DNA of 64,000 bases from Chloroflexota bacterium (GTDB taxonomy: Bacteria > Chloroflexota > UBA5177): NCBI GenBank assembly GCA_025966365.1, contig JAICWV010000001.1:911-64910 (forward strand), in the 5' to 3' direction. The translations under genes and the position numbers were made by a program. Shown piece after piece: positions 12,731 through 21,871 of this stretch. The notes beneath the pieces were generated by a model that saw only the letters and a list, made by a program, of their open reading frames with translations, was not told where the DNA came from and did not search any database. Every line of letters begins with the position of its first letter. Position 1 is the stretch's first letter.

Positions 12731-15145
12731 TTATGACGAGTGGGCGTCAATAACGGCCGTCACCTCGCCGGTGAAGGGGACATCAGACCAGACCTCATCG
12801 ACGCTGGGGTCGCAGGCGGGCCGGCGCTGTGAATCGACCGGCCGGCCATTCACCTGGATATCGACCCGCTTCGCCTCGTGCGGGACCCGGGCACCGACGG
12901 ACAGCGTATAGCCGTCGGGGACGGAATCAACCGGCGCCACGCGCAGATGCTGGGGACCGGACTCGTCACGCTGGAACACAACGTCAAAGCGCGTCTGGCC
13001 CACCTGCCTGCGGCAGGAGTAGCGGGGCCAGGAGTGGGGCGGATCCGGCCGAACCCGGACTCGCCGCTCGATCGCATCCACGCTGGCGCCCGAGAACGCG
13101 TGGAGAGACGCGACGAAGCCGGCCATGCTCCAGGCCTGGAAGTCAGCACCGAGAGGACCTTTCACGTCATAGAGTTCGCTCAAACCCCCGACGGCGAGCT
13201 GGTGCAGCGCGCTGTTCACCTCCCCCGCGAGATAGAGCTTGTAGGCGGTATCAGGGCTGCCGCACTCCAGCTCACCCTCGACCATGAACTGGTTGAGCCA
13301 GAGCCACTCCACGCCCCGGTGGTAGTTGTACAGACCAACGCTCTCCAGGTGGCCGTTCACGACGCTGCCTTGCGCCTTCAGGAACTCAGGGCTCAGTTCC
13401 CTCGCCCAGTCGCGCCGGGCCAGGCTGTTCACGCCGGCCCGCCCCGCCAGTTGATCGCGCGCCAGTGTGACCATGCGCCGCTTGAGATCGTCGGGGAGCG
13501 GAAAGTCCACGTCGAAGGCGATATAGCCATTGGGAGTGAGGATGGGCCGCGGCTTGAAGTCGTAGCTGAGGCTATCGGCCAGATACCCGTCCAGGCAGAA
13601 GTGATTGAAGCTCTTCATGCCCTCGTCGTGGACCTGTTTGAGCCTGTCCGCCAGCGCCGGATTGTGCCGGCGGATGATGGGCTCGTAGTCGTTCACGGCG
13701 GTGAGCCAGAGGAGCTCAATCTCGACCGGGTAGCCGTTCCGTGGGGTATAGGGCGTATCCTCCCAGGTTTCCCAGAGGTAGCTCTTGTCGATGATGCCGC
13801 CCGACGGCAGAAGGCCCCGCTTGACGAAGTCCAGGCTGGCAGCGAAGAAGTGTTCGACCATGCTGTACTTCTCGTTCAGGATGGTTTCGTCGCCGGTCAT
13901 CCGGGTGTACTGCCAGAGACGGCGCAGCGCCCAGAGTGTCCCGTCGCTGGAGTAGTACACCAGGGGCTCGCCAAACCGGATAATCTGCGGCAGCCTGCCG
14001 GTTCGTTGATCCTGGTACTGCCACGTCTCGCGCAGGATGGCGGCAACGGTCGGATAGTCGTTGGTGAGCAGCAGCGCGATCAGAGAGATATTCTCGTCGC
14101 GCTTCCAGGCGTCGAGGAAGTACTTGTTGCCGGCAAAGATGGCGCTGAAATGCTGGATATCCCGCTCCCCGGCATGAACCGTGATATCGCGAGCCACCAG
14201 CGCCTCATCGAAGCGGCTGAGCACCTGGTTATAGGTGGTATCGATATCGGCCACACCGGTGCTCAGCGCTCCACGTCCCAGAAGGCTGGTAACCTCATCC
14301 CGTTTCTGCTTTCGCAGGGCGGCGGGGTTTTTCGTCACCGCGTCCAACGCCTGGCGGGCGTCATTCATGGTCGCGCCGAAGGCGAACGCCAGCGTCGCCG
14401 TGCCCGGCGTCTGGATACGGGCGGGGACATACACCTGCGTTTCGTAGGTGTCCCAGATGGGCGCTTCGTCCGGCGCCGTCTCGTGGGTGAGGGCGTATGA
14501 CTGCATGATCAGCTTGCGGCGGTCCTCGTCCTTCAAGTAGGTCTTGGCACGCAGGCGCTCCGCCTCCGGAAGCATCCGCACGCTGGCCACCCCATCAATG
14601 GCGGCGATCAGGGCGTGAAACTCCAGAAAGTCAACGGTGGCCGGGCCTTTGATCCGGTTGCACACCGAGAGGACGGGCCGCCCGTCGATCTCGATCACCT
14701 CCGCCCGGTAGCCGCTGAAGTCGCTGTTGAACGCCTGATAGTAGCGCATATCGAACTCGGGCTCGACGCCGAACCCGGCCTCCGGATCGGCCTTCAGGGT
14801 CATGAGAAAGGCGCGAATCCCGTTCGGCACCATCACACTCTGACGGACGGAGGTGGTGCCGGAGCAAAAGTCACGTTCCGCCCGATCCAGGTACTGCGTG
14901 AACCCGGTCTGGTCGGCCCGGTCCAGACGGACATCCTTGCCGTCCAGATGGACCCAGAAGCAACTGACCTCCAGGTACTTGCGCCCGAACTCGGAGGCGC
15001 CGAACCATTTGATCGGCACCAGTGTCCGGTCCCGGATGTTCTCCTCGACGGGCAGATAGAGGACAAACCCGGCCTCGTTGCCCAGGAGAAAGGTCCGGGA
15101 CTTCTGAGCGCTACCGGTCAGATGGATGGCGAAGTCGTGCGTCAA
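12731..15145 (-). CDS. amylo-alpha-1,6-glucosidase / glycogen-debranching-enzyme-like six-hairpin glycosidase
   Basis: 804 aa. Central and C-terminal region has (alpha/alpha)6 glycosidase character (GDE_C-like: WETWEDTPYTPRNGYPVEIELLWL). TTG start with AGGAG 9 nt upstream. Confidence 0.6.
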   Translation of the reverse strand: MTHDFAIHLTGSAQKSRTFLLGNEAGFVLYLPVEENIRDRTLVPIKWFGASEFGRKYLEVSCFWVHLDGKDVRLDRADQTGFTQYLDRAERDFCSGTTSVRQSVMVPNGIRAFLMTLKADPEAGFGVEPEFDMRYYQAFNSDFSGYRAEVIEIDGRPVLSVCNRIKGPATVDFLEFHALIAAIDGVASVRMLPEAERLRAKTYLKDEDRRKLIMQSYALTHETAPDEAPIWDTYETQVYVPARIQTPGTATLAFAFGATMNDARQALDAVTKNPAALRKQKRDEVTSLLGRGALSTGVADIDTTYNQVLSRFDEALVARDITVHAGERDIQHFSAIFAGNKYFLDAWKRDENISLIALLLTNDYPTVAAILRETWQYQDQRTGRLPQIIRFGEPLVYYSSDGTLWALRRLWQYTRMTGDETILNEKYSMVEHFFAASLDFVKRGLLPSGGIIDKSYLWETWEDTPYTPRNGYPVEIELLWLTAVNDYEPIIRRHNPALADRLKQVHDEGMKSFNHFCLDGYLADSLSYDFKPRPILTPNGYIAFDVDFPLPDDLKRRMVTLARDQLAGRAGVNSLARRDWARELSPEFLKAQGSVVNGHLESVGLYNYHRGVEWLWLNQFMVEGELECGSPDTAYKLYLAGEVNSALHQLAVGGLSELYDVKGPLGADFQAWSMAGFVASLHAFSGASVDAIERRVRVRPDPPHSWPRYSCRRQVGQTRFDVVFQRDESGPQHLRVAPVDSVPDGYTLSVGARVPHEAKRVDIQVNGRPVDSQRRPACDPSVDEVWSDVPFTGEVTAVIDAHSS

Positions 15146-15388
15146 TACGGACTTCTCCTAGCAGGATTACATCTCCACGAGTGCATATTGAGTGCCAGAA
15201 GTGTATCCGCACGTAATTTGTAGAGACGCGATTCTATCGCGCCCTCCAGAACGAGGCAGGCAGCACCAGACTGACAGTGCAGACGCCGAAGCGAATGCCT
15301 GTTCCCTCTACCCCTCGGGGTTACAGATCGGCGGGAGTGAGCACGCGAACCAGTCGCCCAGCGCCGCGTCGAAGTCGATCGTCCAGGG

Positions 15389-15650
15389 TCAGAAGCGGAC
15401 AGGACAAATGACAGCCACGATGTTGGGCATGGGACGCCCGTCCATCATGCGATCCCAACCGGCCGGCAGCTCTACTTGCTCACCGATGCCCTTGACCGCC
15501 TCCAGATCCTCCTCGTCAATTACGTGCTGAGTTCCGATCTTGCGCGCGCAGCCGCCCGGATCGAATCCAGCGACGAATCGTTTCAGGGTCGCGGCCGCCG
15601 AGGCGAGCAGCCTCGGGAACAGTCAGCGTGTTGTAGTAGACAACGCTCAA
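15389..15650 (-). pseudogene. frameshifted excisionase/MerR-type HTH DNA-binding protein gene
   Basis: Frame 1 (TTG at 15650, right after galK TGA-TAA) reads MSVVYYNTLTVPEAARLGGRDPETIRRWIRSGRLRA then stops. The -1 frame continues KIGTQHVIDEEDLEAVKG... to 15389. Together they rebuild a canonical excisionase-family HTH. The shift sits in a (GC)4 tract near 15542-15549. Confidence 0.5.
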
Positions 15651-15653
15651 TTA

Positions 15654-16817
15654 TCAGATATGCCGAGCGCTGGCCCCGTTCGCAGTCTGCGCCGGGTACA
15701 TGGTTGGGGTGCGGCCGGTGCGGCGCGGGTACTCTTCCAGCACGCGTTCCTCGAACGCCTCCACCCGCTCCAACGGCACCAAATTGACGGTACAGCCGCC
15801 GAAACCGGCGCCGGTGAGTCGGGCGGCGATGAGGGAATCGACCTCGTGGGCGATCTCGACCAGCGTGTCCAGCTCTGGCGAGCTGACCTGGTACAGGTCT
15901 CGCAGACTTTCGTGTGAGGCGGCGAAGAGGGCCGCCAGCGAGGCCAGATCGCCCCGCTCCAGTGCATCCGCCGCTTCGAAGACACGCGCGTTCTCGGTGA
16001 TGACATGCTCGGCCCGGTCGCGATACGGCTCCGGTACCGTGTCCTTCAGCCGATCCCAGATCTCCGGCGTTACATCACGGAGGGACCGGATCTCCGGCTC
16101 GGATGCCTGGAGGGCCCGCACCGCCGACTCGCACTCCTCGCGACGCTCGTTGTACGCGGAGCGCGCCAGCTCGCGCGGGATGCCGGTGTGGCAGATGATC
16201 AGCGCCGCATCGACATTCATGGGGACGTACCGGTATTCCAGCGAGCGGCAGTCGAGGAGGAGCGCATCGCCGGCCTTGCCCAGTCGGGAGATGGACTGAT
16301 CCATGATGCCGGACTGCACCCCCACAAAGTCCCAGTCGGCGCGCTGGGCGATGCGAACCGCCTCCATGTCCGGTAGCTCAAAGCCGCCAATCTCTTCAAA
16401 AGCCTTCACCAGGGCCATTTCATAGGCGGCCGAAGAACTGAGACCTGCGCCCATGGGTACCTCGCTCCAGATCAGCAGATCCATGCCGGGCAGCCGGTGC
16501 CCGGCATCCTTGATGCCGTGAAGGATGCCGCCGGCGTAACCCAGCCAGAGCTCTCCTGCGACAGGATGCAGGTCGTCCAGGTCTAGCGTGCCTTCCTGTC
16601 CGAGGGTAAGGGAGCGCAGCCGTACCGTGCGTCCCTGGATGGCGCGGGCCAGGACGTGGGCGTCGTACGTGATAGCAGCAGGGAGGACGAGACCGTCATT
16701 GTAATCAGTATGCTCGCCGATGAGATTGACCCGGCCCGGTGCGCGCGCTTCCACGGTGGGTGCGGCTCCCGACCAGTCGAAGAAGGAAGCGGCGCTGTCA
16801 CCCGTCCGGCTCATCAT
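15654..16817 (-). CDS. galK: galactokinase
   Basis: GHMP-kinase galactokinase signature PGRVNLIGEHTDYN and the ATP-binding motif PMGAGLSSSAA. 387 aa. Confidence 0.9.
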   Translation of the reverse strand: MMSRTGDSAASFFDWSGAAPTVEARAPGRVNLIGEHTDYNDGLVLPAAITYDAHVLARAIQGRTVRLRSLTLGQEGTLDLDDLHPVAGELWLGYAGGILHGIKDAGHRLPGMDLLIWSEVPMGAGLSSSAAYEMALVKAFEEIGGFELPDMEAVRIAQRADWDFVGVQSGIMDQSISRLGKAGDALLLDCRSLEYRYVPMNVDAALIICHTGIPRELARSAYNERREECESAVRALQASEPEIRSLRDVTPEIWDRLKDTVPEPYRDRAEHVITENARVFEAADALERGDLASLAALFAASHESLRDLYQVSSPELDTLVEIAHEVDSLIAARLTGAGFGGCTVNLVPLERVEAFEERVLEEYPRRTGRTPTMYPAQTANGASARHI

Positions 16818-17713
16818 GTGACGGTGAAGGTGGCGGTTCCGTCGATCTCCCCGCCGGAGGGATCGCGGGCGGTGATGTAGACGGTTACCACCGCATTGTG
16901 GGTTGCCGCGGCCGGCACGATTTCGCCGCAGGATACATTGCCCGAGGCATCGGTCACAGCGTTGCAGAACGCAGGTGCTCCCGGAAACTCGAAGGTCATG
17001 CCGACCTCGGCCCCGGCAACCGGGTTTCCGCCGAGCGTCACCCGTGCGGTGACCGTCGCCAGGGTATTCGGCGCGAACGTCGGATTGGTGGGTGCAGCGG
17101 TCACCGCCAGAATGGGAACCGGGGTATCCGTGGGTGTCGAGCTGGGGTACGGGGTCGCGGTCGGGGGGACGGCGGTTGCGGTCGCCGTGGCCTGGGGCGT
17201 GGCGGAGAGCGTCGGTGTGGGTGTATCGCTAGCGGCAACCGTCGCCGTGGCGAGCGGCTCCGGAGTGGCTGTGGACCGCGGAGGCGGCGGCGGATGGTTG
17301 ATGCTCTTGTGGAGCTTTCTGGCCGCCGCGGCCAGATGGCGGTTCTGACGGAGGAACAGCGCGCGCAACGACGTCGCGACGCTTGCCGGCGCCGTCCCCT
17401 TGTACTCGTAATACGACTCCACCTCAATGCCTCGATAGCTGAAGAAGAGGAAGACGAGAGTCTGCTTGCCGTCGCTGCTCCGGTAGAGGCGAGAGTAGAT
17501 CTTCGACACCCGATACGGGGTCGTCTTGATCTTCAGGTTGGCTACCGCCGCCTTTGCGTCCTTCCTGGAGGGATAGACGTTGATCGCGTAGGCAAAGACA
17601 GTCTGGTGCGTTCGCCTGGCCCCGCCCTTCCCGGTGGTGAAGTGCCACAGCGCGGCCTGCACCCACCCCGCTCCATCGATGCGATGCAGCGCGCCGAAGC
17701 TGGAGTGATGCAC
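16814..17713 (-). CDS. secreted-type protein: N-domain, Thr/Pro-rich linker, C-terminal Ig-like domain (start uncertain)
   Basis: The ORF runs from the first GTG. In-frame upstream codons encode a signal-peptide-like RRIVFAASIISIGLVVPRTLFAAP with no canonical start. C-terminal beta-rich domain ...VTARVTLGGNPVAGAEV... Confidence 0.6.
   Translation of the reverse strand: MHHSSFGALHRIDGAGWVQAALWHFTTGKGGARRTHQTVFAYAINVYPSRKDAKAAVANLKIKTTPYRVSKIYSRLYRSSDGKQTLVFLFFSYRGIEVESYYEYKGTAPASVATSLRALFLRQNRHLAAAARKLHKSINHPPPPPRSTATPEPLATATVAASDTPTPTLSATPQATATATAVPPTATPYPSSTPTDTPVPILAVTAAPTNPTFAPNTLATVTARVTLGGNPVAGAEVGMTFEFPGAPAFCNAVTDASGNVSCGEIVPAAATHNAVVTVYITARDPSGGEIDGTATFTVT
17113..17296 (-). repeat. 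low-complexity Thr/Pro/Ala-rich linker-coding tract
   Basis: Encodes PPPPPRSTATPEPLATATVAASDTPTPTLSATPQATATATAVPPTATPYPSSTPTDTPVP. It also generates spurious P/R-rich ORFs on other frames. Confidence 0.5.
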
Positions 17714-18001
17714 CGGACCGAAGTAGCGGTCGGCAACCCGGTTGGTAGCAGGAAGTACGGCTACCCGACTTTTTTTGGGGTAGTCCGAGCGGGGAAGTGC
17801 CAGATTAGGAGCCGCGAAGAGGGTTCGCGGAACGACAAGCCCGATAGAGATAATGCTCGCCGCAAAGACTATTCGTCGGATAAACCTCTCCTCCCCTGCT
17901 CGATGCCATGATACCCAAAAGCGTGACCAGGCCGTAATACCGTGGTACGATGGACTCCTGCGAATCCTGGTGGTTCGGGGAGGAGAATCGAGGTCTCGGA
18001 C

Positions 18002-19423
18002 ATGCCGTCACTGCCTGCCCGTTTCCACCGCTATTCCTCCGTCGCCCTACCCGCGTCTCTCTCGCTCGCCGGAATCTGGTATGTGCACCATCAGCGCAAG
18101 GCGGCATCGGCAGCCCGCCGCGAGCTGGCCCGGCTGGAGCGTGTTTCCATGACCGACGCACTGACGGGCCTGGGAAACCACCGTTCCTTCCAGGAGGAGC
18201 TGCGGCGTGAAGTGAGCCGCGCCCATCGTCACCGGCACCCTCTCTCTCTGGCCCTGGTCGATCTCGACGAGTTCAAGGTGATCAATGACATGTACGGGCA
18301 CGTGCACGGAGACCGTGTGTTGCAGTCTGTCGCGGATTTGCTTGGCCGTCAGCGCGTGGAGGACCGGGCCTTCCGCGTCGGAGGGGATGAGTTCGCGGTA
18401 CTCCTTCCCCATACGGCGGCAAGCAGCGCCTACACCACGCTCGACCGCAGGCGGATTGAGATTGCGCGAACGGCTGGAGCGAGCATGAGTGTCGGAATCG
18501 CCGAACTGGAAGAGGGAAGTCTGGACCTGGATCGTATCCGCGAGCAAGCGGATGCCGCCCTCTACGAGGCCAAGCGGCGCGGACGCAATGCGGTCATGTT
18601 GTTCGATGAGGTCAAGGGCAGCGCGACCTTTGCCTCGCCTGCCAAGATGCAAGGCGTGCGGCAGCTGCTCACGGACCGTGAGGTTGGGGTGGTCTTCCAG
18701 CCCATCTGGAGCCTGCGGGACGGGAAGACCATCGGGCACGAAGCGCTGGCGCGCCCGGCGGAGCGATATGGGTTGCGGGGGCCGGGGGAGGCGTTCGACG
18801 TGGTGGCCAAGATCGGCCGGGTGCCCGAACTTGACGGTATCTGCCGGGATGCCGTCCTTGCCCACTCCTCGTCGCTTCCGCCCGGAGGGTCGCTCTTTCT
18901 CAACGTTGCCCCTCAGACGCTCGAACACGAGGTTTTGAGCGGCCGCACCCTGGTCAAGGCGGTGGAAGAAGCCGGTCTCACCCCGGAGCAGGTCGTGCTG
19001 GAAGTGACGGAGAACGCCGCTGATCGGCTGTCCCGCGTGGCGCGCGAAGCAGCCCGGCTGCGCTCGCTGGGTTTCCGCATTGCCCTGGACGACGTGGGTG
19101 GGGAACAGACCGGCCTCGGGTCACTGTGGATGGTCGAAGCGGACTATGTGAAGATCGATCAAAGCGTGACGCGGGCAGCAGTTGCGGACAACCGAGCCCG
19201 CGCTCTCCTCTCCGCCATCGTCAGCTTTGGCCGCCACACGGGCGCAACCGTGATCGCCGAGGGAATCGACTCGGAGGCAATGCTCAGGCTGGTAGGGACA
19301 AGCCAGGAGGAGGGGTTGAGCGTTGATGCCGTTCAGGGCTTCTTGCTCGGCGTGCCCAGTGACTCCCTCCCACTGCGTGCTGCCGCGGATCTCGATCCGG
19401 CACAGCTTATCCTGAACCTGTAA
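18002..19423 (+). CDS. bifunctional diguanylate cyclase/phosphodiesterase (GGDEF-EAL)
   Basis: GGDEF motif (RVGGDEF) and EAL domain motifs (HEALAR, DDVGG). GGGGAGGAG upstream of the ATG at 18002. Confidence 0.85.
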   Translation: MPSLPARFHRYSSVALPASLSLAGIWYVHHQRKAASAARRELARLERVSMTDALTGLGNHRSFQEELRREVSRAHRHRHPLSLALVDLDEFKVINDMYGHVHGDRVLQSVADLLGRQRVEDRAFRVGGDEFAVLLPHTAASSAYTTLDRRRIEIARTAGASMSVGIAELEEGSLDLDRIREQADAALYEAKRRGRNAVMLFDEVKGSATFASPAKMQGVRQLLTDREVGVVFQPIWSLRDGKTIGHEALARPAERYGLRGPGEAFDVVAKIGRVPELDGICRDAVLAHSSSLPPGGSLFLNVAPQTLEHEVLSGRTLVKAVEEAGLTPEQVVLEVTENAADRLSRVAREAARLRSLGFRIALDDVGGEQTGLGSLWMVEADYVKIDQSVTRAAVADNRARALLSAIVSFGRHTGATVIAEGIDSEAMLRLVGTSQEEGLSVDAVQGFLLGVPSDSLPLRAAADLDPAQLILNL

Positions 19424-19429
19424 GCGGCC

Positions 19430-20215
19430 GTGATCGATCTGCACAACCATATCCTTCCGGATCTTGATGACGGCGCCGCGGACATCGGCGAGAGCCTCGA
19501 CATCGCACGTCAATTCGTGGCCGAAGGTGTTTCAGCCATCGCCGCCACCCCGCACCTGAACCTCTCCGCCAGGGCGCCGGTCACCCGCGACGCCGTCGAA
19601 CGCGCGTTGACCGAGGTCCGGCATGCCCTCGGCCGCGAGGGAATCAGTCTCGACGTCGCCCAGGGAGAGGAAGTCTATCTCGTGCCCGAGGTCCTGCCTG
19701 CTTTGAAAGCAGGGCAGGCATGCACGCTGGGTGAGAGCCGCGGTGTGCTGGTCGAGCTGCCGTTCGAGGTCAGACCCGTCTACCTGGACGATCTCGTTTT
19801 TCAGATGCAGCTTGCCGGGTATACGGTAATCCTGGCCCACCCCGAGCGCTACCGGTTCGTCCAGCGAGACCTGTCGGCCGTCGAGTCGCTGGTCACTCGT
19901 GGAGTGATCTTGCAGGCCACGGCGCCGGCCCTGCACGGGGAGTACGGCCCGACCGTGAAGCGGACGGCAGAGAACCTCCTGCAGCACGGTCTCTACGCTC
20001 TCGCCGCCAGCGATCGCCACCATCCCGGCCCCCACCGGTCTCTCGCCCAGATGCACGACCGAATCGCTGCCCTGACCAATGCATCGCTGGCTGACCTGCT
20101 CCTCCGTGAGAATCCCCAACGCGTCCTCGCCGGCCACGCGGTCGTTCCACCGGAGTGGACACCGACCACCCGGAAGAAGGGATTCTTCGGGCGGTTTCGC
20201 TCCGGGCCGTCCTAG
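19430..20215 (+). CDS. CpsB/YwqE-type PHP-family protein-tyrosine phosphatase
   Basis: N-terminal MIDLHNHILPDLDDGA (HxH...DDG) and a downstream AHPERY-type histidine motif, typical of Mn-dependent capsule-associated tyrosine phosphatases. Confidence 0.8.
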   Translation: MIDLHNHILPDLDDGAADIGESLDIARQFVAEGVSAIAATPHLNLSARAPVTRDAVERALTEVRHALGREGISLDVAQGEEVYLVPEVLPALKAGQACTLGESRGVLVELPFEVRPVYLDDLVFQMQLAGYTVILAHPERYRFVQRDLSAVESLVTRGVILQATAPALHGEYGPTVKRTAENLLQHGLYALAASDRHHPGPHRSLAQMHDRIAALTNASLADLLLRENPQRVLAGHAVVPPEWTPTTRKKGFFGRFRSGPS

Positions 20216-20281
20216 CCGGAAGGGACGACGGGGCGGACCGCCAATGGCGGGCCGCCCCGTGGACGGAAAGAGGAGACGAGT

Positions 20282-21439
20282 CTAGCGGGCGAAGAGGGTC
20301 AGGGAGTGGACGTCGTGGACGATTGAGGAGACATGAAGCCGGGCGACGTCGTGCTCGCGTGCTTGCGCCGCCAGCGAGCCATCTTCCGGCACTGCCTCCG
20401 GGCCGCCATTCGACAGTAGCCGTCCGGTGACCGAATCGTTTCCCACCGGATCCGCTATGTATGCCCCGAGCAGCGGGTCCGAGGCATCGGCGGCAGTCAG
20501 CAGGCTGTAATGCCGGGTGTCGACGAAGAACTTCTCGCGCTGGGGATCAAAGGCCACCCAGCCGGCACCGGGGAAGTACACGTTGAGCCAGTCGTGAAAG
20601 GCTCCCTTGGTGCCTGGCGCCCAGGAAACGGTCTGGTAGCTCCCACCCGAGCGGATGGTCAGCGGTTTGGAAGAAACCCAGCCGTAAACGACCTGAGAGG
20701 GGATGCCGAGGACGCGAAGCATCCCGGCCATGAGGCTCGCGTACCCCTGGCAGGTGGCCCGCCGATTCGTCAAAACCCAGGAGGCATTATACGGACCGCC
20801 GGCAAGTGAGGCATCGTAGCGGAGATGCGAGGCCACCCAGTTGGCAACTCGATTCACGATCTTGCGCTCCAGACGGCGATGTCCCACCAGGCCCCGAACC
20901 AGGGATCGCTGCGATGCCGAGAGCTTCAGCGAGGGAGTGACCTGGAGGAACGGCTGCACGTCCGACGGGACGGACGAGAGAGGGTAGGCGGCGTGGCTGT
21001 GAGACCGGCGGAGAGGAGTTGTGACGCGCAGTGTGCGCTTGACGGTGACCCGGATGACGGTGTTGGCAGGGGGATCGGTCCAGGTGAAGCGCCGGATAGA
21101 AAGACCGTCCTGGATCAGATCTTCGTGGGACTGGGGGCGAACCGTGAAATGGAAGTGCTCGGCAACCACTGTCTCGTGGTAGCCGTGAGCGGTGACGCCG
21201 GTAGCGCGAAGCAGGTCCCAGGAGAGGTTGCGGGCATGACCCACGGAGAAAGCGCCGTGGAGCGTGAGATGAAGCGAGCTGGCCAGCTTCCCGCGCAACA
21301 GCACGGTTCCGGTTCCGCTCATCAGGCTCGGCGCGCCCAGCGGCGCAACCCGCACCGCGCCTGCCTGGAGTTGTGGCGCTGCCGGTGCCAGCAGGCTGGT
21401 GAGTGTCACGAGGACCCCTCCCACCAGTCGTCCGATCAT
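20282..21439 (-). CDS. secreted transglutaminase-like superfamily protein
   Basis: Signal peptide MIGRLVGGVLVTLTSLLAPAAPQLQA. Transglutaminase-core Cys context (ATCQGYASL) with downstream His/Asp. GGAGAGGGAGAG upstream of the chosen ATG. Confidence 0.65.
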   Translation of the reverse strand: MIGRLVGGVLVTLTSLLAPAAPQLQAGAVRVAPLGAPSLMSGTGTVLLRGKLASSLHLTLHGAFSVGHARNLSWDLLRATGVTAHGYHETVVAEHFHFTVRPQSHEDLIQDGLSIRRFTWTDPPANTVIRVTVKRTLRVTTPLRRSHSHAAYPLSSVPSDVQPFLQVTPSLKLSASQRSLVRGLVGHRRLERKIVNRVANWVASHLRYDASLAGGPYNASWVLTNRRATCQGYASLMAGMLRVLGIPSQVVYGWVSSKPLTIRSGGSYQTVSWAPGTKGAFHDWLNVYFPGAGWVAFDPQREKFFVDTRHYSLLTAADASDPLLGAYIADPVGNDSVTGRLLSNGGPEAVPEDGSLAAQAREHDVARLHVSSIVHDVHSLTLFAR

Positions 21440-21871
21440 GTCTCTCTCCCTCTCCACCGGGCAGAGACCCTGATCGGTCTGCCTCGGCAACCCGGCTAAC
21501 TCCAGAGAGTCCCGTGGCTTTGCGTCCCCGCCTCGCGGCGAGTTTGCCTTTATCGATTGCTGGATTCGGAACCTCTTGTTCCGGTCCTTACTCTAGATGG
21601 TTAGTGGCCATGACCGTAGTGCATGAAGTCCCGGTGCTCGGGTGACTTTGGTCCGGCGCACGTGCGTCAACAGTTGTCAAGGTGAGACTGGTTCGGCTAC
21701 TGTCTAGCTAACATTCGTCCGGTACAGACTGTGCCGATTTGCGCCCTTCTCGTGCTCGGGAGGAGCAGGAAGTGGTGGAGCGTGCCTTCCACGCAGACGA
21801 CTAGAGGGGAAGGGTAGGACAATACAGCACTGTATGCGTTACCCCATGCGCTCTATAGACCCGGACGACGT

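Noticed and set aside
16896-17427. P/R/A-rich ORFs on both strands over the Thr/Pro-rich linker
   Set aside because: Low-complexity codon repeats give open frames in all phases. Only the frame with flanking globular domains is credible.
21491-21871. tRNA or small-RNA gene, or an operator palindrome, in the 380-bp divergent intergenic region
   Set aside because: No tRNA-like acceptor/T-arm pattern. Only a short CAACAGTTG palindrome, which is too weak to call. The region is probably just two divergent promoters.
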